From positions 510,001 through 542,000 of the forward strand of contig CAVRAI010000004.1 in assembly GCA_963718915.1 (NCBI GenBank): DNA of 32,000 nt, given 5' to 3'. The notes under the pieces were generated by a model, which searched no databases, was not told where the DNA came from, and was given only the letters and a program-made list of their open reading frames with translations. Both the position numbers and the translations under genes were made by a program. Below are positions 6,500 to 14,509 of this stretch, in pieces. Every line of letters begins with the position of its first letter. Within the stretch, counting starts at the first letter, position 1. The stretch is from an uncultured Chloroflexia bacterium (GTDB lineage Bacteria; Chloroflexota; Ktedonobacteria; Ktedonobacterales; JADMIN01).

Positions 6500-9476
6500 T
6501 GATTTGCCCCCGGATAGGCCGCCACAGGATGATAGCGAGCCGCGAAACGAGCGCCCGAACGAGCCCTGGGCTGATCGGCTGCCAGCGGATTCCATACCAG
6601 ATGAGACCTTCGGTGAGTTGCCCGATACGCCCACTATTCCACTGCCGCGGTTCGTGCCTGAGTCCGATGCTGAGTCCGATGCTGAGTCCGATGCTGAGTC
6701 CGATGTGTTGGCTGAGTCCGACGGCGCTGAGTCCGACGGCGCTGAGAGCGCTGTTGGCGAGGCAGACACGGTGCCAGACAGTGAAACCAGCGGTGTGCCT
6801 GATGATGAGGCGCAGGCCGACATCGAACACGAGCCAGTCGCAGGTGTAGGTGATGCTGACTTTGGCGAACCTGGCAGCACATTGACCGATGTTGAGCCAG
6901 CCGAGAGCGGCGAGAGCGAAGAAGAGGGTGATGAGAGCGAAGAAGAGAGCGATGAGGAAGAACGCCAGGAGCCGACACTCGAACTCCCTGACGAGTTGCC
7001 GATTCTTCCTCTCAAAGACACCGTCGTCTATCCATTCGCGATGATCCCGCTTGGGGTGGGTAAAGAGCGTTCGATCCGTCTGATTGATGATGTCATGCGC
7101 GGGTCGCGGATGGTGGGCCTGGTCGCACAGAAGGACGACTCTGTCGACGACGCTGGCCCGGACGATTGCTATCGCGTTGGCACCGTCGCGCGCATTGCTC
7201 GTCTTCTACGGATGCCGGAAGGCACGCTGCAAATTTTTGTGCAGGGGCTGGAGCGTATCACCATTGATGAGTATGTCGCGGAGGAGCCATACCTGCGGGC
7301 GAAAGTCCGGCTCTTGCCGGAGTCGTCTGAGGAGAGTGTCGAGATCGAGGCGTTACAGCGCAATGCCAGCGACATGTTCCAGCGGCTCGTCAACCTGGTG
7401 CAGTATCTGCCCGATCAGTTGGCTCTGGCAGCGCTCAATGTCGAAGAGCCGCGCCAGATTGTCTACCTGATTGCCAGCAGCGCCCAGATGGATCTTGAGC
7501 TACGCCAGCAATTGCTCGAACTCGATTCGGTACGCGAGAAGCTCGTTAAAGTGACGCGCTTCCTGACACATGAGCTGGAAGTGCTGGAGCTTGGACGGAA
7601 GATTCAAAGCCAGGCGCAAGAGGAGATGGGCAAGGCGCAGCAAGAATATTTCTTGCGCGAGCAGATGAAGGCCATCCAGAAGGAATTGGGTGAAGAGAGC
7701 GAAGAGGCGGCCACAGTCAATGAACTGCGCGAGAAAATCGAGCAGGCGCATATGTCTGAGGAAGCCTACAAAGAGGCCCAGCGCGAGCTTTCGCGGCTCG
7801 AAAAACTGCCTGCCGCCTCGCCAGAATACTCCGTCATACGCACCTATCTCGATCTCCTCATCTCTTTGCCCTGGAGCAAGAGCACGGGCAAGAGTATCGA
7901 TGTGCCGCATGCGCGTGAGGTGCTGGACGAAGATCACTATGACCTGGAGAAGATCAAGGCGCGCATCCTTGAATATCTGGCAGTACGCCATCTGAAGGAG
8001 GTGCGCCGTGCCGAGGCTGAGGCGGAGGCTGCCGCTGCGGGAGCGCCTGCGGATGCCAGCGCCAGCAATCCAGCCGTGAGCCGCGAGCCGATCCTCTGCT
8101 TCGTTGGGCCACCAGGTGTTGGCAAAACCTCACTGGGCCATTCGATTGCGCGCGCGCTGGGCCGTGAATTCGTGCGCATGTCGCTGGGCGGCATCCATGA
8201 CGAGGCCGAGATTCGCGGGCATCGTCGCACCTACATAGGCGCGATGCCAGGGCGCATCTTGCAGTCGATTCGACGCGCGGGGACAAATGATCCCGTCTTC
8301 ATGCTGGATGAGGTAGATAAGCTCGCCTCAGACTGGCGCGGTGATCCATCCTCGGCGTTGCTGGAGGTGCTCGACCCCGAACAGAACTTCTCTTTCCGCG
8401 ATAACTATCTCGATTTGGCATTCGACCTCTCGCAGGTGATGTTCATCGCGACAGCTAATTCGCTCGACCCGATCCCCGCGCCGCTACGCGACCGCATGGA
8501 GATTCTGGAACTGAGTGGCTATACCGAGGAGGAGAAGCTCCATATCGCCCGGCGCTTCTTGCTGCCGAAGCAGATCGCCGCCAATGGCCTGAAGGTGGAT
8601 GAGTTGAGCATTCCTGACGAGACGGTAACGGCCATCATTCGGGGCTATACGCGCGAGGCAGGCGTGCGCAACCTGGAGCGCGAGCTTGGCTCGGTCTGTC
8701 GCAAGGTGGCTCGCCAGATTGCTGAAGGGCATCCTGGCCCGGTCGCGGTTGCGCCAGAAAGCCTGCGCGAGCTGTTGGGTCGTCCGCGCTTCTTCGAGGA
8801 GACGGCGGAACGGCTGGATCGCCCTGGTGTCGTGACAGGTCTCGTCTGGACCCCAGTCGGCGGCGACATTATCTTCATCGAGGCGGCGATGATGCCCAGC
8901 CGTGAAAATACGCTGACGCTCACAGGCCAACTTGGCGATGTGATGAAGGAGTCGGCGATGGCCGCGCTCACCTATGTGCGCTCGAACGCCGAGGCGCTGG
9001 GCATCGACTCGACGGCCTTCGAGAATCGCGCGTTTCACATCCATGTCCCAGAAGGCGCGATCCCCAAAGATGGGCCTTCGGCAGGGGTCACGATGATGAC
9101 GGCGATTGTCTCGCTGGTGACAGGACGCCGGGCGCGGTCGGATGTGGCGATGACGGGCGAGATTAGCCTGCGCGGCAAAGTTCTGCCGATTGGCGGGCTG
9201 AAAGAAAAAGTGCTGGCGGCGCATCGCGCGGGTATTCGGACAGTGATTTTCCCGCACCGGAACGAGTATGATCTCGAAGAGCTTCCTCAGGAGTTGCACG
9301 ACGAGATGCATTTTTACCCGGTCGATGACGCTCGCGAAGTACTGACCATCGCGCTCGAGAGCGGCCGGTCGCGAGGGGCGAAGCCCGCAGCGCCGGAACA
9401 GCGCGGCCAGCAGGAGCCACACGATCAGAATGCGCCGGGGTTGGTCGCAACTCCAGGACTGAGTGAGACAAACTAG
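6492..9476 (+). CDS. lon: ATP-dependent Lon protease (LonA type) with long acidic N-terminal extension
   Basis: Lon N-domain begins at [22 protein letters not shown] (about residue 168). Walker [10 protein letters not shown], Walker [10 protein letters not shown], protease Ser in [11 protein letters not shown] and Lys in GGLKEK. AGGAGA lies 6 nt upstream of ATG 6492. Confidence 0.95.
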   Translation: MRDDLPPDRPPQDDSEPRNERPNEPWADRLPADSIPDETFGELPDTPTIPLPRFVPESDAESDAESDAESDVLAESDGAESDGAESAVGEADTVPDSETSGVPDDEAQADIEHEPVAGVGDADFGEPGSTLTDVEPAESGESEEEGDESEEESDEEERQEPTLELPDELPILPLKDTVVYPFAMIPLGVGKERSIRLIDDVMRGSRMVGLVAQKDDSVDDAGPDDCYRVGTVARIARLLRMPEGTLQIFVQGLERITIDEYVAEEPYLRAKVRLLPESSEESVEIEALQRNASDMFQRLVNLVQYLPDQLALAALNVEEPRQIVYLIASSAQMDLELRQQLLELDSVREKLVKVTRFLTHELEVLELGRKIQSQAQEEMGKAQQEYFLREQMKAIQKELGEESEEAATVNELREKIEQAHMSEEAYKEAQRELSRLEKLPAASPEYSVIRTYLDLLISLPWSKSTGKSIDVPHAREVLDEDHYDLEKIKARILEYLAVRHLKEVRRAEAEAEAAAAGAPADASASNPAVSREPILCFVGPPGVGKTSLGHSIARALGREFVRMSLGGIHDEAEIRGHRRTYIGAMPGRILQSIRRAGTNDPVFMLDEVDKLASDWRGDPSSALLEVLDPEQNFSFRDNYLDLAFDLSQVMFIATANSLDPIPAPLRDRMEILELSGYTEEEKLHIARRFLLPKQIAANGLKVDELSIPDETVTAIIRGYTREAGVRNLERELGSVCRKVARQIAEGHPGPVAVAPESLRELLGRPRFFEETAERLDRPGVVTGLVWTPVGGDIIFIEAAMMPSRENTLTLTGQLGDVMKESAMAALTYVRSNAEALGIDSTAFENRAFHIHVPEGAIPKDGPSAGVTMMTAIVSLVTGRRARSDVAMTGEISLRGKVLPIGGLKEKVLAAHRAGIRTVIFPHRNEYDLEELPQELHDEMHFYPVDDAREVLTIALESGRSRGAKPAAPEQRGQQEPHDQNAPGLVATPGLSETN
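6660..6746 (+). repeat. In-frame tandem repeats inside lon (12-bp gagtccgatgct x4, then 15-bp gagtccgacggcgct x2)
   Basis: Read directly: units at 6660, 6672, 6684, 6696 (last one diverged) and 6714, 6729. They encode [28 protein letters not shown]. Confidence 0.9.
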
Positions 9477-9485
9477 TAGCGTTCG

Positions 9486-10367
9486 ATGAACGGAACGGAT
9501 GAATCTTCGATGACGATGAGTGACGCGCCGGGTAACCTGCCTGGCATCATGGGTATATTTGCGCATCCAGACGACGAGTCGTTTGGGATAGCGGGTACGC
9601 TTGCGCGGGCGACGATGCATGGGCATCCAGCGGCGATTGTCTGCGCCACGCGAGGCGAAGTTGGCGAAATTGCCGATTCGGCGCTGGCGACGCCCGAGAA
9701 TCTCGGCCAGGTGCGTGAAGGCGAGCTACGAGCCGCCTGTAAAGCCGTTGGCGTGCATGATGTCTCGTTTCTCGATTACGTCGATGGGCAACTTGCCCAT
9801 GCCGATGAGGATGAGGCGGTTGGGCGCATCGTCGCGCATCTTCGCCGCTTCCACCCGGCGGTTGTCGCGACCTTTGCCGCGAACGGCGGCTATGGGCACC
9901 CCGATCACATGGCGATTCACCGCTATACGCTGGCCGCGATTGCGGCGGCCGCCGACCCAACGCGCTACCCGGAGCAGCTCGCGGCGGGACTTGCGCCGCA
10001 TCGAGTCCGCAAGGTCTATTACACTGCGTTCCCGCGCGAGCGCATGCTGGCATTGGCCGCGGAGGCGCGCAAGCAGGGACAGGATTTTGTTCCCGGTGGC
10101 GACGCGGGCACGATTCCGCTGGAAGAGATGGGAACACCCGAGGCGGAGATTACGACGGTGGTGACCCTCGACGATGCCGAGTTTGCCGCCAAACAGCAAT
10201 CCATGCGAGCGCACGCGACCCAGATGCCATCCGACGGCCCGTTTTCACAGGCGACTCCTGAGCAGCTTCGTGAATTCATGGGAAGCGAAACCTCTGTGCT
10301 GGTTCCACCACCGATCTCTGACCGCGCCTATCCCACACCGGAGAATGACGTTTTCGCCGGATTGTAG
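9486..10367 (+). CDS. PIG-L/LmbE family N-acetylglucosaminyl deacetylase
   Basis: IFAHPDDESFG and GGYGHPDHMAIH metal-binding motifs characteristic of the LmbE/PIG-L family. Start is ambiguous among ATG 9486 and in-frame ATGs about 24-30 nt downstream. Confidence 0.85.
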   Translation: MNGTDESSMTMSDAPGNLPGIMGIFAHPDDESFGIAGTLARATMHGHPAAIVCATRGEVGEIADSALATPENLGQVREGELRAACKAVGVHDVSFLDYVDGQLAHADEDEAVGRIVAHLRRFHPAVVATFAANGGYGHPDHMAIHRYTLAAIAAAADPTRYPEQLAAGLAPHRVRKVYYTAFPRERMLALAAEARKQGQDFVPGGDAGTIPLEEMGTPEAEITTVVTLDDAEFAAKQQSMRAHATQMPSDGPFSQATPEQLREFMGSETSVLVPPPISDRAYPTPENDVFAGL

Positions 10368-10420
10368 ACAGCGGAGCGCGATATCGAGAGCGTCTTTCAG
10401 TGGCACGGGATTTTACTGCC

Positions 10421-10455
10421 AAAAAATGCCCCCCATCTCTCTGGGAGAAGGAGGG
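10421..10455 (-). terminator. Candidate intrinsic terminator of nusA-ylxR
   Basis: Minus-strand RNA CCCUCCUUCUCCCAGAGAGAUGGGGGGCAUUUUUU. This is an imperfect GC-rich hairpin followed by U6, beginning 15 nt after the ylxR stop. Confidence 0.4.
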
Positions 10456-10469
10456 CTGTGGCGTGGCTA

Positions 10470-10860
10470 CTATTCAGGCGTTGTGGGCTGTTGCTTGCGC
10501 TGCCGGGCAGGTTTCTTGACTGGCGCGGGAGCCGCCTCTTGTGGGAGCGAGTCTAGATAGGCTTCCAGTGCGGGACGATCTTCCTCCGGGATGGCCATCT
10601 CGAACTCACGCTCCAGTCGCCCCTGGTGAAGCGCTGGCTCCCAGCACGAGCGTCGGGCGCAGAGATACGCGCCCCGGCCCGACTTCTTACCAGTTGGGTC
10701 GAGTTCGATATGGCCAGTCGGGAGTGCGCACGACGCGGATCAGCTCGCGCTTCGGGCGCACCTGGCGGCAGACGATACACGTGCGCTGCGGCACGTGGCG
10801 CGGACGCTGCGGCTGCTTGGGCTTCTTCGTCGGCGGTTGCGGTGCGAGCACGTCTCTCAT
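10470..10860 (-). pseudogene. ylxR: YlxR/DUF448 family protein (nusA-operon RNA-binding protein) interrupted by a +1 frameshift
   Basis: My translation gives an N-part (from ATG 10860 or GTG 10851, 9 nt after AGGAGG) of MRDVLAPQPPTKKPKQPQRPRHVPQRTCIVCRQVRPKRELIRVVRTPD, then junk and TAA at 10687-10689. Shifted by one base it continues (P)TGHIELDPTGKKSGRGAYLCARRSCWEPALHQGRLEREFEMAIPEEDRPALEAYL...TPE, with stop at 10470-10472. RTCxxCR...ELIRxV...DPTGK..GRGAYxC is the DUF448 signature. Neither half reaches the 60-aa track cutoff. Confidence 0.7.
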
Positions 10861-10871
10861 CCTCCTGACGC

Positions 10872-11948
10872 CTATACCTCGAAGGAGACAGACGCCGTTG
10901 ACTCATTGCTGGGCGCAGGCTGCCCCTCGGGCCGCACGATATCGATGCGCCATCCGGTCAACCGCGCCGCCAGTCGGGCGTTCTGCCCCCGATTGCCAAT
11001 CGCCAGCGAAAGCTGACGCTCCGGCACGATCACCAGCGCGGTATGGTCCGACTCGCGCAACTCCACTGAGATTGGCTTCACCGGACTGAGCGCGTTCGCC
11101 ACGAACTTCGTCGGCTCGGGATCCCAGAGAATGATGTCAATCTTCTCGCCGTTCAGCTCGTTGATGACATTGTTGATCCGGGTACCCCGCACGCCAACGC
11201 ACGCGCCGATGGGATCGATACCCTCCTGACGCGCCCAGACGGCGACCTTCGAGCGGCTTCCTGGCTCGCGCGCGATGGCCTTAATCTCAACCTGCCCATC
11301 ATAGATTTCAGGCACCTCCAGCTCGAAGAGGCGCTTGATGATGTTGCGATGGGTACGCGACGCTAACGCCTGCACGCCACGCCCACCTCCACGCTTCAGC
11401 TCGTAGAGATAGACGCGCACTCGTTGTCCGATGCGCATGCGCTCACCGGGAATCTGCTCTTTAGCCTCGAGCAATCCCTCGATCTTATTCAGGTCCAGCA
11501 CATACGCGCCGCCCTCGTCGCGTCGCAAGACAGTGCCAATCACCAGGTCGTCGAGCTGGTCCTGATACGACTCGAACAAAAACTCCTGCTCGGCCTCGCG
11601 AATGCGTTGCAGAATAATTTGCTTGGCGGCCTGTGCTGGAATCTTGCTGAAAATCTCTGGTTCTTCGACGTCAACTTGCTGGCCAAGCGCCGCATGCGGA
11701 TCGCCTTGCTGCGCCTCGGCGAGCGATACCTCGTGCATAGGATCCTGCACCTGCGCCACGACACGCTTCGATGCCCAGCTCTTCACCTCGCCGCTGCCTT
11801 CGACTTCGATGCGAATATTCTCACCGCTACCCGTGCTCTTGCGATAAGCGGCCAGCAGCGCGTTGGCGACCGCAGCCATCACCTTATCCTGTGGAAGACC
11901 TTTTTCATGAATCAATTGGGCGATTGCTGACTGAAATTCGGTTCGCAT
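10872..11948 (-). CDS. nusA: Transcription termination/antitermination factor NusA
   Basis: ORF 10872..12062. S1 and two KH domains are recognisable (IGACVGVRGTRINNVINELNGEKIDII; LSLAIGNRGQNARLAARLTGWRIDIV). Start trimmed to ATG at comp. 11946-11948 (MRTEFQSAIAQLIHEKGLP), preceded by a purine-rich GGGAAGGGGAAAAACT. Confidence 0.95.
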   Translation of the reverse strand: MRTEFQSAIAQLIHEKGLPQDKVMAAVANALLAAYRKSTGSGENIRIEVEGSGEVKSWASKRVVAQVQDPMHEVSLAEAQQGDPHAALGQQVDVEEPEIFSKIPAQAAKQIILQRIREAEQEFLFESYQDQLDDLVIGTVLRRDEGGAYVLDLNKIEGLLEAKEQIPGERMRIGQRVRVYLYELKRGGGRGVQALASRTHRNIIKRLFELEVPEIYDGQVEIKAIAREPGSRSKVAVWARQEGIDPIGACVGVRGTRINNVINELNGEKIDIILWDPEPTKFVANALSPVKPISVELRESDHTALVIVPERQLSLAIGNRGQNARLAARLTGWRIDIVRPEGQPAPSNESTASVSFEV

Positions 11949-12118
11949 AGTTTTTCCCCTTCCCACGCGCTGGTAACGGTTGCACATGACCGCGTCCTGG
12001 AATGAAACACGACGAAGGCGTGAGATCATCCCACGCCTCCCCGACCTATTGTCGGATGCCACCCCGCGCTACACGGCGCGCTCCGAGTTGTGCCGCCCCA
12101 GGAATCAGCCCACATAAG

Positions 12119-12150
12119 ACAAAAAAGTGGGACAGATAACCCACTTTTCG
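12119..12150 (-). terminator. Terminator-like hairpin in the nusA leader (candidate attenuator)
   Basis: Minus-strand RNA AAAAGUGGG-UUAUCUGU-CCCACUUUUUU. Stem at 12127-12131/12140-12144 with A/U extension, and a U6 tract (plus-strand A-run 12121-12126). It lies about 40-60 nt downstream of the predicted promoter and about 170 nt upstream of the nusA ATG. Confidence 0.45.
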
Positions 12151-12188
12151 CTCGAAGCATATTTCCGGGCCGGTCTCGGCTCACTCGC

Positions 12189-12217
12189 AGTATACCACTT
12201 AATGCCCTGTGTATCAA
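12189..12217 (-). promoter_or_regulatory. Sigma-70-type promoter for nusA (TTGATA-N17-TGgTATACT)
   Basis: On the minus strand the -35 TTGATA is at comp. 12212-12217, the spacer is 17 nt, and the -10 TATACT is at comp. 12189-12194, preceded by TGg (extended -10). Confidence 0.5.
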
Positions 12218-12257
12218 GGCGTCTGGCGCATATCAGGCCGGTTGCTCAAGCGGCAGT

Positions 12258-12287
12258 TTGACGCTCAATTGCGCCCGCACGTATAAT
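12258..12287 (+). promoter_or_regulatory. Sigma-70-type promoter (TTGACG-N18-TATAAT) facing the acyl-CoA dehydrogenase gene
   Basis: TTGACG at 12258-12263 and consensus TATAAT at 12282-12287 with an 18-nt spacer. It is divergent from the nusA promoter and predicts a ~150-nt 5' leader. Confidence 0.55.
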
Positions 12288-12394
12288 GCGTGGGTGTCCG
12301 TTTATTTCCGGATTTGTGGCGCGCGATACGAACTCGTGAGCGCAACAGTGACATGATGAGTTAATGGCAGGGCGATAGACAGGCGAATCAGTCG

Positions 12395-12433
12395 CAGAGA
12401 CACAGAACAGAGACACAGAACAGAGACGCAAAG
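12395..12433 (+). repeat. 13-bp tandem repeat (cagagacacagaa x2 plus a 10/13 third copy) abutting the SD of the acyl-CoA dehydrogenase gene
   Basis: Units at 12395-12407, 12408-12420 and a degenerate one at 12421-12433. AAGGAG at 12431-12436, ATG at 12445. Confidence 0.8.
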
Positions 12434-12444
12434 GAGCGTGCTGT

Positions 12445-13591
12445 ATGGCAGTCCAACTGGCATCCGAAGAGAAGATGCTCATCGATATGGTGCGTGATCT
12501 GGCACGCGAGAAAGTTGCTCCCCGCGCCGCCGAGATCGACGCGAAGGGCGAGTTTCCGTGGGATATGAAGGAATTGCTCGCGCAACAGGATATTTTCGCG
12601 ATGCCGTTCCCAGAGGAGTACGGCGGGCTGGGATCAAGCGAGCTGAGCATCCTGATGGTCATCGAGGAGCTTGCCAAAGCCTGCGCCACCACATCACTGC
12701 TGCTCTGCGTCCAGCAACTCGGCTCGCTACCAATTCTGCTGGCGGGCACGGAAGAGCAAAAGCAACGCTTCATTCCGAAGCTGGCGAGTGGCGAATGGCT
12801 AGCGTCCTATGCGTTGACCGAACCTGGCTCTGGCTCCGACGCGGGCGCCATGCGCACGCGCGCCGAGAAGCATGGCGATACCTACGTGCTTAACGGGCTG
12901 AAGCACTTCATCACCAACGCGGGCATTGCGCATGTCAATACGGTTTTCGCCGTGACCAGCGATCAGGGTACACGTGGTATCAGCGCCTTCGTGGTGGAGG
13001 GTGACCGGCCCGGCTTCCATATGGGCAAGGTCGAGAACAAGATGGGCATTCGCGGCTCGCAGACCGGCGAGTTGAGTCTTCGAGGATTGCGAGATTCCGG
13101 CGGATAACCTGCTCGGCAACGAGAGCGAGGGTTTCAAGATCGCGCTGGCGACGCTTGATCGCACGCGCCCCGGCATCGCGGCGCAGGCACTGGGCATCGC
13201 CCAGGGAGCGCTCGATTTCGCGGTGGCATACGCGAAGCAGCGCGTGCAGTTTGGCAAACCGATCTGGGACAACCAGGCAATCCAGTTCATGCTGGCTGAT
13301 ATGGATATCGAGGTGGAGGCGGCGCGCCAACTTATCTACCACGTCGGCGAGTTGATGGATGCGGGGACACCTCGCTTCAGCCGCGAGTCGGCCATCGCCA
13401 AGACGTTCGCCTCCGATGCCGCGATCTCGGTCACGAACGACGCCATCCAGGTGCTGGGCGGCTACGGGTATATGAAAGAGTTCCCAGTCGAGCGGATGAT
13501 GCGCGACGCCAAGATAACGCAAATCTACGAGGGGACAAACCAGATTCAGCGCATGGTGATTGCCCGGGAGTTGGCGCAGGCGTCGAAGTAG
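12445..13591 (+). pseudogene. Acyl-CoA dehydrogenase interrupted by a +1 frameshift
   Basis: ORF 12445..13107 (YALTEPGSGSDAG, MGIRGSQTGEL) leaves the family consensus at about 13075 and stops at 13105-13107. One base later the frame reads [56 protein letters not shown]..., joining ORF 13223..13591 ([13 protein letters not shown]). Both frames are open only between 13076 and 13104. Confidence 0.85.
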
Positions 13592-13640
13592 TGACTGGGC
13601 AGTGGCCAAAACGACTTGACGATGAGAGGATTGCAGAGGG

Positions 13641-14442
13641 ATGAGTAGTACGGGAGCGAGTAGCGGAGCCACGCTCATTGGGATTCCGCTGCGCAGTGGC
13701 GGCGCATTGAGCGTCTGGCCAGACAGGCTGGAGGTGGCAGGCGCCTCTTATCCGCTGGCGGATATTGTCTGGGCTGGGTTGGTTAATGACCCAGCATCCC
13801 CGCAGGGCGGGCAACCACTACCCGCCGTCGCCTGGCGAATGGCAAACGGCCAGTATGCCTCGGCGACGCCTGCCGATCCGCCGCATGCGTGGCAGATATT
13901 GGAGGCGCTCTATGCGCAACGTCCCGACCTGCGCACTCCGCTGCCGCCACCTGCTCCCTCGGCTGCACAGCCCGGCAGTTGGGGGACCGCCGCCGCAGTA
14001 TGGCTATCCGCCAGCCTACGCTGGTTACGGCTATGCGCCGCCACAATCGAATGATAACCAGACGGTGATGGCTGGACTTGCGCATCTCAGCATCTTCTTC
14101 GGCGCGCTGATCGTGCCGTTGATTCTCTGGCTGGTGAACCGTGGAAAAGCGCCCTATGCTGCACAGCAGTCGAAACAGGCGTTCTTCTTCCATTTAGGTG
14201 TGGCTGTTGTAGAGATAGTCGTGATCGTTGCTGGCTTTTTCATCTTCTTAGCTGGCACATTTGCACTGGTAGGCAGCGAACCCGATCCGAATCAAATATC
14301 AGTGTCAGTCTTTGTCGGTACCATCATCTTCTACGGGGCTATCTTTGCCGTACAGATAGTGGCCATCGTCTTTGGCATCATCGGAGCGGTGAAGGCATTC
14401 AAGGGCCAGCCGTTCCACTACCCGCTGATGGGCCGTGTCTAG
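13641..14442 (+). pseudogene. DUF4870-type membrane protein with N-terminal soluble domain, apparently joined across a +1 frameshift (alternative: two genes, 13641..14054 and 14068..14442)
   Basis: ORF 13641..14054 looks coding until ...PPPAPSAAQPGSWG and then becomes junk (TAAAVWLSASLRWLRLCAATIE). At the G5 run 13981-13985 the +1 frame starts a typical Pro/Tyr/Gly-rich linker (PPPQYGYPPAYAGYGYAPPQS). That is followed by a multi-TM DUF4870-like core (MAGLAHLSIFFGALIVPLILWLVNRGK...). Confidence 0.5.
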
Positions 14443-14509
14443 CCTGTCAGCATTAGGATCAGCCGGGATAGGCAAGCGACTGAACGGCACAACATACTAG
14501 AGGTTTGTC

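Noticed and set aside
6660-6746. Tandem repeats considered as a CRISPR-like or minisatellite element
   Set aside because: The units are 12-15 bp and directly abutting with no spacers. They lie in frame inside lon. This is a coding low-complexity expansion, not a CRISPR array.
6303-7021. Ser/Gly/Leu-rich minus-strand ORFs (6303..6830, 6431..7021, 6634..6978) over the lon 5' region
   Set aside because: They are antisense or off-frame readings of the acidic tandem-repeat region of lon. Their repetitiveness just mirrors the ESDA/ESDGA repeats. The lon frame has the SD and continues into the conserved domains.
8484-9626. 380-aa minus-strand ORF antisense to lon
   Set aside because: It overlaps the well-supported lon CDS entirely. 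The product is Arg/His-rich with no motifs. This is a typical shadow ORF of high-GC DNA.
10553-10906. 117-aa minus-strand ORF bridging the nusA stop region
   Set aside because: It starts inside the nusA 3' end in another frame and gives an Arg-rich product. The region is better explained by the frameshifted DUF448/ylxR reading, which has an AGGAGG SD directly after the nusA stop.
11949-12062. N-terminal 38-codon extension of the nusA ORF (GTG at 12062). Similar upstream extensions occur on the ORFs at 2543..3841, 16813..17913, 19559..20830, 21577..22224, 22028..23146 and 25097..26425.
   Set aside because: The extensions are R/C/W-rich, lack SD sequences and overlap upstream genes or leaders. 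Internal starts with SDs reproduce the normal family N-termini.
4660-13990. Programmed +1 ribosomal frameshifting as the common explanation for the four broken genes
   Set aside because: Not fully excluded, but judged unlikely. Only one site (CCC-TGA-C) has a stall signal. None has an upstream SD-like stimulator, and the four contexts share no motif beyond short homopolymers. Housekeeping genes such as ylxR and ACAD are not known to be recoded. Insertion-type sequencing error is the simpler model.
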